From Octopus bimaculoides (taxonomy: Eukaryota), in the NCBI RefSeq assembly GCF_001194135.2, contig NC_068991.1:65568109-65626729 (forward strand): a DNA stretch of 58,621 nucleotides, written 5' to 3'. The position numbers were made by a program, and so were the translations under genes. Every line of letters begins with the position of its first letter. Position 1 is the first letter of the stretch. Under the pieces are notes generated by a model. It ran no database searches. It saw nothing but the letters and a program-made list of their open reading frames with translations, and had not been told where the DNA came from. This document shows positions 50,179 through 58,621 of this stretch, in pieces.

Positions 50179-50561
50179 ATGTCACAGGAACAGTTAAATG
50201 AGCCGGAGGAATTACAAGAAGTACAGGAAAAAGAGGCAGTAGTAGGAATAGAAGATGAAAAAGAAGAAGGAGAAGAAGAAAGAGAAGAAGAAGGAGAACA
50301 AGGAGAAGGAGAGGAAGAAGATGAAGGAGAGGATTTATTAATTTACAATGAAGACTTACCAGTATATTCTTTGGATGCTCGTCACAACCTGACCGAACCA
50401 ATAAATGCAATGTTAAATATGAACCAGCCACCTTCGAGATCTTCTTCAAGAGGATCCAGAATTTTTGCTGAACAAACATTTCTGACAGCTAAAGAAGAAC
50501 AAGACTTGCGCAATGCCAAAGCATTCCTTATGACTGCAAGTACAAAAACTGGAGAGAATTT
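50179..50561 (+). CDS. RSPH4A: radial spoke head protein (RSPH4A/6A family) coding exon 1, acidic E-rich N-terminus
   Basis: ATG at 50179 (AAAATGT). E-rich tract, then EQDLRNAKAFLMTASTKTGENL, compared with the family motif NAKAYLL...SGFNLYDHL. Donor TT|GTAAGC, phase 2. RSPH4A versus RSPH6A cannot be resolved from this sequence. Confidence 0.88.
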
Positions 50562-50888
50562 GTAAGCTTTTTTTCTCTTTTGATTTCTTTTTTTTTTTTT
50601 GTTTCAAAAAAAAAAATTCTAAGTAGTTTCTTGCATAAGTACAAAACCATTTTCGGTCGCAGCGGTAGTTCACATCTCTTTTGGAAACAACTAACATTCT
50701 TAAAATTTGCATGCTTTAAGGTGCAAGTCAATGAAAAATAGTAACCAAATCTCCTACAAATTATTCCTTACTGTCTTAACAAAGTAAGGATAATAGTATT
50801 GGATAATGCAATGGTCATGGTTGGATTGACTTTGATCATGAATCTACTTGATGATTCTACATTGAGTGAAGTTCACTATTAGCTTTCG

Positions 50889-50942
<54 letters not shown>

Positions 50943-51165
50943 TACATATATACATACACATCTATATACATATACACATCTATATATATATATATATATA
51001 TAGTGGTTGGCGTTAGGAAGGGCATCCAGCTGTAGAAACTCTGCCAAATCAGACTGGAGCCTGGTGTTGCCATCCGGTTTCACCAGTCCTCAGTCAAATC
51101 GTCCAACCCATGCTAGCATGGAAAGCGGACGTTAAACGATGATGATGATGATGATGATGATAACG

Positions 51166-51614
51166 TCGTCTTGGCACCCGTGCCAACGTCGTCTCCTTCA
51201 TTGGACACGAAACTCAGCTTGCGAAGACTTATTGGGGCAAGAGAAAGCGAAATCGGGATAGTACCTGTGTCCAGCGTCGCCTTTCTGGCACTTGTGCCCG
51301 TGACATGTGTAAGGATTTTCGAGCGAGATCGTTGCCAGTGCCCCTGGACTGGCTCTTGTCCAGGTGGCACATAAAATACACCATTTTGAGCGTGGCCGTT
51401 GCCAGTACCACCTGACTGGCCTTCGTGCGGGTGACATGTAAAAGCACGCACTACACTCTCTGAGTGGTTGGCGTTAGGAAGGGCATCCAGCTGTAGAAAC
51501 TCTGCCAAATCAGATTGGAGCCTGGTGTAGCCATCCGGTTTCACCAGTCCTCAGTCAAATCGTCCAACCCATGCTAGCATGGAAAGCGGATGTTAAACGA
51601 TGATGATGATGATG

Positions 51615-51615
<1 letters not shown>
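51166..51615 (+). mobile_element. family C non-autonomous retroelement with (GAT)n tail (RTE-associated), long form
   Basis: 5' tandem units of about 67 nt, then GGTTGGCGTTAGGAAGGGCATCCAGCTGTAGAAAC and CCATGCTAGCATGGAAAGCGGAYGTTAAACGATGATGAT. Other copies: 28420-28767 (+), 30105-30275 (-), 32140-32660 (-), 33355-33638 (+), 33935-34195 (+), 35409-35592 (+), 51002-51160 (+). All are variably 5' truncated. Confidence 0.85.
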
Positions 51616-51655
<40 letters not shown>

Positions 51656-54545
51656 CTATATACATATACACATCTATATACATATATATATATCTTTTAC
51701 TTGTTTCAGCTCTAGGACTGAGATCATGCTGAGTCCAAAGAAGAATTTTAAGTTGAATGGATTAACCTCAATACTTATTTTTTTAAGCTTATTCTATCAG
51801 ACTTTATTGCTGGACTGCTAAGTTACGGGGAAGTAAACACACTAACACCGATTGTCAAGTAATGGTGGAGGACAAACACAGACAGAAACACACACACACA
51901 AATACACACACACACACGAATACACACACACACACACATGTACACGCACACACATGCATGCACATGCACACACACACACATAAACATTCACACATGCACA
52001 CACGCACATGCATGCACGCACACAGACACACACACACACACACACAACAGGCTTCTTTCAGTTTCCATCTACCAGATCCACTCACAAGGCTTTGGTCAAC
52101 CCAACCCAAGGTAATAGTAGAAGACACTTTCCCCAGGTGCCACTCAGTGGAACAGAACCCGGGACCATGTGGTTGGTAAGCAAAGGACACATTGAATAAA
52201 TTATTTTTCCAGATATCTTTAAAGTAATCAATGCCTACAACTGGAATGTCTTTGATTGCGGGTCTAATTGATCAGAGCTGTTCTGTGATTGGACATCACC
52301 AAGAAGAGCAACAATAATCTCTCTGTCTATTTCCTTTGAGTACTCAACGCAATTTTTGTTGAAAACACTGCAATTTCATTTTATCAAACTGTAGCTGTAT
52401 TACTTTATTCGGCAGCCAAAACAGTTTTTTTAATTTTTACACTGTACTGCAGCCAACTTGTTTTCTACTGATGATGATGATAATTAAGGTGGTGGCGGTG
52501 ATGATGATGATGGCAATGACAATGACGATATTGTTGTTTGATGATAATAAAAGGTATATACAAAGTTTGTGGAGGCACATGGCCTAGTGGTTAGAGCATC
52601 GGACTCGCGGTCGAGGGATTGCAGGTTTGAATCTCAGACTGGGCGATGTGTGTGTTTATGAGTGAAGCACCAAGCTTCAAGTGGTTCTGGCAGAAGGTAA
52701 TGCCAAACTTCTGCTGACTCTTTCGCCTCAACTTTCTCTCACTCTTTCTTCCTGCATCTAGCAGCAGCTCACCTGTGACTGTCCAGGTGGGGAAACTATA
52801 CACCATTGAAACCAGGAAACTGACCCCTATGAACTAGGCATGGTTCAAGAAGGAACAAACAATAATAACAACATGTACAAAGCTTATTATCCATGCAAAA
52901 AGACCCTCAAGAACAGTTCTGTCAAAATTGGTCCAATATAAACCTGTTAAATCAAAGATTTAAAAGGAGATCAGAAACATGAAAAGCAAGATGCAGATTT
53001 AATGCGCTTGTTATCTTGAGAAAGCATAAAACAAAAAGAATATTAAGGAATTGTACTCTCTTATAAATAAAGCTTATGGTGCTTGTTCAAATACCTGTGC
53101 TCTCATTAGAGCTAAGGATAGCAAAACCCTCATTTAAGCTTTAAATAAGGTCCTTCAGTAGAAGTAAGAATATTTTAGTGATCTACTAAGTTACTCATGA
53201 AGCATTGATTGGCCCTTTTTGGAACTCCTTTAGCAAACTCTCGAATAAAATACTTTTTTGATAACCAACTTACTTTTAACATAGTAAGAGTTGCTGTTGT
53301 GTAAACTTCAGAGAAAAAAAATTAAATGTCTAGCACGGCTGATGACATTCCTGTATAAGTGCTCAAATTAGAGGAAAATAGGATGATAATTTTTGTGCAC
53401 AGTTTTATACATAATCTGTGGGAAAATAATGCAATTCCTCAAGATTGGAGTGATGTGTTATGGAAAGTGTTTTACAATAATTCTTGAGGTATTTGGGGCA
53501 AGTAGCATTACTTATACTGTTGTTGTTATTGTTTCCTACAAAATGTGATGTAATAAATGTTTAAATTAAGCAACAGCCACATTAATTAGGTATCACCATG
53601 AATTTTTGAAAATATTTAAATGTAATTTATACTGTGCTTTTTCTTGGAATGCACCCAAAAAGAAACATTTTGATACTGCATTTGTGAAATTTCAGATGAA
53701 TATTTTAGGAAATATAACAATTTGAATGGTCAGCAAATTCGTTGAAATCTAGCCTAATTGACCTAAATGAATAATTAGCCATATTTGTGATGTCATATCT
53801 TTGAAACTGAGGTGATAATCATCTTCAAATTACGCATGTTAATGGTGGCCATGGTATAGCAGTTGATTAATATTGAGTATTTGTCGTTACAACCTTACTT
53901 TAAGAAAGGGTTTAATTTATATGTGCACAAGAACACAACAATGGTTTGAAATAGTGTTTTAATATCTCATCGCCAATAATGTTATGATGACATCAGGGTC
54001 TGCACAAGGGTGGAGAATAATATTACCCAAATAAATATCTGGATATGATTATCTACTGTAGAATAAACTTTTGTGGAATTAATATGTTCACACGGAATGT
54101 GCTCTGTTCTATGCCAAACATAGATACGATATTAAACTAATTCAGTAATCCAATAAGAACAATCATGCTGTCAACTGCCCACTGTCAAATGTCCACTGTC
54201 AACTGCCAACAGTTCTTTATTTTATTGAAATCCATTCATGTGAGGGTGGTCAGGATCCTTGCACACAACAAATAACAACAACCCAAATCTTTCTTAAATC
54301 ATATCCTGCTGTTTTTAAAAAGGACAAATACATTGAGTAATGTACTTCTAAGTACATTTTAGCTTAAATCTCCCCCCCCCCACTCCCTCTTATATGATGG
54401 CAATAGTTGGAATGACTTTAATATCATAGCATTTCTCAATCAGAGATGGCTGGAGCTGAACAAGGAAAAAAAAAAAAAAAAAAAAAAGCAAAGCTACCAG
54501 TTTCATTATTTCTGAGCTAATTTTTACAGGTCCATTTTCTTTCAG

Positions 54546-54735
54546 ATATGATCATTTATGCGATGTCCTCACTGAAATATTATCTGAAAGACATGTCGAT
54601 GCCGTTGATACTTTTGAAGATATTAGCAAAAATATCAAGAAATATAGATTTCAACCAATAAAAGACACACTCCAAGATATGGCCGACCCATCACTTGAAA
54701 TGGCTCTAGCCAAAATCGAAACTAAGCTACTTGTG
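54546..54735 (+). CDS. RSPH4A: radial spoke head protein exon 2
   Basis: Acceptor TTTCTTTCAG, (L)YDHLCDVLTEILSERHVDAVDTFEDISKNIKKYRFQPIKDTLQDMADPSLEMALAKIETKLLV, donor GTG|GTATGG. 190 nt, phase 2 to phase 0. Confidence 0.93.
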
Positions 54736-55019
54736 GTATGGCTACCTAAACGTTTTCTTAGTCACTTTTTAATATTTTATTATACAAGCCTTCACATGTC
54801 TTTTATAGTTTCTTTTATTGTTTCCTTGTTTCAGTCATTGGACTGCAACTATGCTGGGATATTACCTTGAAACGTTTATTTGAACAAACTGACCCTGGTA
54901 CTTACTTTTAAGTTTTATTCTGTTGATTTCTTTTGCTAAACTGATGAATTATTTGGGTGTAAACAAACTAACACTGGTTGTCAAGTGGTGGTAGACAACA
55001 CACACATATGTATGTCCAT

Positions 55020-55095
<76 letters not shown>

Positions 55096-55332
55096 NNNNN
55101 NNNNNNNNNNNNNNNNNNNNNNNNNNNNNNNNNNNNNNNNNNNNNNNNNNNNNNNNNNNNNNNNNNNNNNNNNNNNNNNNNNNNNNNNNNNNNNNNNNNN
55201 NNNNNNNNNNNNNNNNNNNNNNNNNNNNNNNNNNNNNNNNNNNNNNNNNNNNNNNNNNNNNNNNNNNNNNNNNNNNNNNNNNGTAGTGGGTGCTTTTATA
55301 TGCCACTAGCATGGAAGCCATATATATATATA

Positions 55333-55363
<31 letters not shown>

Positions 55364-56154
55364 CGTTTGTAGAAATACATAAATCTGGAGGAGAAGCACA
55401 CTCTAAGATGTAGAGCAGTTAATATTATAATGGGGGAGGCTGGTTTATGGTGTTACCCTGGGTTTCTTGCACAATAAGGGGTTTAGCCTTATAGCATATC
55501 TTCAGACCCCAAACACTACTAGCCTGAGACCTCTTATATATATATAGTTCATAGATGAGAGCCAGCTATTTTCTGTGTAGAATACAATTAGTAGTGCTCA
55601 AAAGGTTTAAACTCGACTGGGTATAGAAGTAAATGTATCCCTGCATCATCATCAACATATTCATCATTTAACATTTGTTTACAAAACAGCAGTTAAAGTT
55701 TTAGCTTGTATTACTTCAGTATTTAGGGGGCAAGAACCTCTTCATCAGGACATGTGAAGAACGGTTCTAACCCTGAAATGTCAAAGAAATACAAGGCAAA
55801 TTTTCAACTGTTGTATTTCATTTTGCATTATTTCAGCCTCAACAAATTTTTATAGACCAATGCCTTGTGCGTGAATTTTTTTACACAGAAACTGTGTGGA
55901 AGCCTGTTGTGTGTGTGTGTGTGAGTTTTAGTACCCATGACCTCTTGATAAGTGGTGTTAGTTTGTGTATATCCTTGTAACTTTGTGGTTCAGCAATAGA
56001 AACTGATAGAATAAGTACCGAACTTTAAAAAGTACCAAAAAAAAAAGGTACTGAAGACAATCTGTTCAACTGAAAACTTTCAAGGTGGTGTTCAAGTATG
56101 GCTGCAGTCCAATGACTCGAGCATGTAAAGGATAAAAAAAAATAAAAGATGCAT

Positions 56155-56575
56155 AAATGCATTCTTGCATGCATACCACACACACACATACACACAAACA
56201 CGTGCACAAACATACACGCAAACACAAACACATACAAACACAAACAAACACACACACATACAAACACAAACACACATGCATACATACACACAAACACTCA
56301 CACAAACACACACACAAAGACACACACATATACTCACACACATACACATATATACCCACAAGCACACACACAAATACATACCCACAAACACACACACACG
56401 TACACATACATACCCACAAACACACACACAAATGCACGCACACACATACATACCCACAAACACACAAATACATACCCGCAAACACACACACACACACACA
56501 CATACACATACATACCCACAAACACACACAAATACATACCCGCAAACACACACACACGTACACATACATACCCAT
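56155..56575. repeat. cryptic (CA)n-rich microsatellite
   Basis: CACA runs punctuated by CATACATACCC. Source of the spurious CVCV/HTHT ORFs. Confidence 0.9.
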
Positions 56576-56964
56576 TTGTTGTTGTTGGCACTCCGTCGCT
56601 TACGACGACGAGGGTTCCAGTTGATCCGATCAACAGAACAGCCTGCTCGTGAAATTAATGTGAAAGTGGCTGAGCACTCCACAGAAACGTGTACCCTTAA
56701 CGTAGTTCTCGGGGAGATTCAGCGTGACACAGTGTGACAAGGCTGACCCTTTAAATTACAGGAACAACAGAAACAGGAAGTAAGAGTGAGAGAAAGTTGT
56801 GGTGAAAGAGTACAGCAGGGTCGCCACCATCCCCTGCTGGAGCCTCGTGAAGCTTTTAGGTGCTTTCGCTCAATAAACACTCACAACGCCCGGTCTGGGA
56901 ATCGAAACCGCGATCCTATGACCGCGAGTCTGCTTCCCTAACCACTGGGCCATTGTGCCTCCAC
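56576..56964 (-). mobile_element. tRNA-derived SINE, family D
   Basis: Reverse complement of the 13703-14100 element, with TSD ATACCCAT on both sides. Other D copies or fragments: 1-62 (+), about 3420-3745 (-), about 36240-36480 (-), about 52565-52870 (+). Confidence 0.88.
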
Positions 56965-57071
56965 ATACCCATAAACACACACGTAGATACACATACACAC
57001 ATACCTACATACACATAATAAATAAACAGATGACAAACAATTATTTTTCTCTTCCTCTCTGACAATTTTAG

Positions 57072-57344
57072 AAAGTAGATGATGAAGTTGATGAACGTGA
57101 AGAGGAGGTTGAATCGCCACTGCCTAACATCATGGAAACGGCTTTCTACTTTGAACAATGCGGAATCGGAATTGGTAGAGAAGAACTATTCCGTGTTTGG
57201 GTAGCAATGAAGCATTTGGTCGACAGCAACCCTGTCCAGCATGTGAGATTCTGGGGTAAAATATTAGGCACAGAACAAAACTATTACATTGTGGAAACTG
57301 AATATCGTGAAGGAGACCAAGCTGAGGAAGAAGAAGACGATGAG
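57072..57344 (+). CDS. RSPH4A: radial spoke head protein exon 3 (gene continues beyond the window)
   Basis: Acceptor TTTTAG, KVDDEVDEREEEVESPLPNIMETAFYFEQCGIGIGREELFRVWVAMKHLVDSNPVQHVRFWGKILGTEQNYYIVETEYREGDQAEEEEDDE, donor GAG|GTTTGT. LPN.ME.AFYFEQ and RFWGKILG are radial spoke head family hallmarks. Confidence 0.96.
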
Positions 57345-57458
57345 GTTTGTGTGTGTTTCATGTGTCCCTGTTGTTGTTGTTGTTGTTGTTGTTGTAGGCC
57401 CTTTGCTGTTGTTTTTTGTTGTTTTTTTCTGTAATTTGTAAAGTGAATGTAAATAGTA

Positions 57459-57860
57459 GGCGCAGGAGTGGCTGTGTGGTAAGTAGCTTGCTTACCAACC
57501 ACATGGTTCTGGGTTCACTCCCACTGCATGTCACCTTGGGCAGGTGTCTACTACTATAGCCCTGGGCCGACCAAAGCCTTGTGAGTGGATTTGGTAGACA
57601 GAAACTGAAAGAAGGTCGTCGTATATATGCATGTGTGTGTATATGTTTGTGTGTCTGTGTCTGTCCCTCCAACATCATTTGACAACCGATGCTGGTGTGT
57701 TTAGGTCCCTGTAACTTAGCGGTTCGGCAAAAGAAACCGATAAAATAAGTACTAGGCTTACAAAGAATAAGTCCTGGCGTCGATTTGCTCGACTAAAGGT
57801 GGTGCTCCAGCATGGCCACAGTCAAATGACTGAAACAAGTGCAAAAGTAAAAGAGTAGTA
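57459..57860 (+). mobile_element. family B SINE, full length, in RSPH intron 3
   Basis: GGCGCAGGAGTGGCTGTGTGGTAAG ... GACTGAAACAAGTGCAAAAGTAAAAGAG. Confidence 0.88.
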
Positions 57861-57915
57861 GTCTCAATTGATTGAGACAATCAGGAAGAGAGAGAGGAGG
57901 AAAAGAGAGTGAAAT

Positions 57916-57953
<38 letters not shown>

Positions 57954-58587
57954 AGTAAGAACGAGGGAGAGAGTGGGTGAGAAAGTAAGTGAGAGAGAGA
58001 GAGAGAGAGAGATTGGAAGAGAAAATGAGATTAAAAGATGAAAACTGAAAGTTGACATGGAACATTTGTCAATCAGACAAGACTGCCAGACTCTAAAAGA
58101 AAGAGTTATAATCCCATAATCCAAGCTTTTATAGTTCTGTTGTTGCTAATACAGTTTCCAGCAAGCCTCTATTTTTAGCCTCTATGATTGGTCAGTTTTT
58201 ACTCATAATTTTAACCAGCTGAATCTTCTGTTGGCATTATGTAACTGTTTGGTTGTCTGCTTTCTGCTTGGGTTACTTCAAAAGGCATTTTAACCAAATG
58301 GCAGCAAATTTATTATAACCATTTTCTCTTATAAAAGTCTAAAGTTCCAGGCTTTAAATCCTTTATTAAAATAACAGTATGGGTGTGTGTGAGAATGATG
58401 AGGCAATGCTTTGTGAGGAAACTACTAAAAAAAAAGATAACCTGTACTTGTAGTTGATATAAAGATACATATATATCCGGGACCCTAAGTAAGGCATGTG
58501 TAAAATTTGAATGAAATTGGTTGTGTAGTTCTTGAGTTTTAGGAATCATACAGACACATACACACACACACACAGACATACATTCTC

Positions 58588-58621
<34 letters not shown>

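Noticed and set aside
51113-51544. Recurring ORFs of the MKPDGYTRLQSDLAEFLQLDALPNANH type (also 28391, 32183, 33226, 33930, 50844)
   Set aside because: Antisense translations of the family C repeat. The recurrence reflects copy number, not a protein family.
56066-56737. Long CVCV/HTHT ORFs (also 2927-3295, 39042-39395, 47347-47804, 51842-52190)
   Set aside because: Stop-free translations of (CA/GT)n microsatellites.

Overview
AT-rich, microsatellite- and SINE-dense eukaryotic genomic DNA with 11 N gaps (about 3.9 kb in total). The repeat landscape suggests a coleoid cephalopod, most likely Octopus (inference). Two spliced protein-coding genes sit head-to-head. (1) A complete salvador/SAV1 (Hippo pathway scaffold) on the minus strand: 7 exons at 48192-48105, 24005-23277, 20029-19691, 16340-16139, 14311-14154, 12644-12583 and 11005-10811. 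All introns are GT-AG and phase-consistent, giving 1773 nt / 590 aa with a conserved N-terminal GKYVK motif, two WW domains and a C-terminal SARAH domain. (2) The first three coding exons of a ciliary radial spoke head gene (RSPH4A/RSPH6A family) on the plus strand at 50179-50561, 54546-54735 and 57072-57344; the gene continues past the window. The roughly 2 kb between the two ATGs carries an RFX X-box-like motif and an ETS motif. The rest is mobile DNA: four Tc1/mariner relics, hAT, piggyBac, pogo and foldback MITEs with clear TIR/TSD pairs, RTE LINE fragments, at least four SINE-like families, and minisatellites. The most interesting items beyond the genes are several Penelope-type minimal hammerhead ribozyme motifs (one canonical core, one with a compensatory U3-A8 core, one mutated copy sense to the sav pre-mRNA), a 134-bp-arm foldback hairpin in a sav intron, two apparently independent insertions of one SINE into the same site of another SINE, and inverted SINE pairs around the two symmetric sav exons. 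All homology calls are from recognised motifs; no database search was run.
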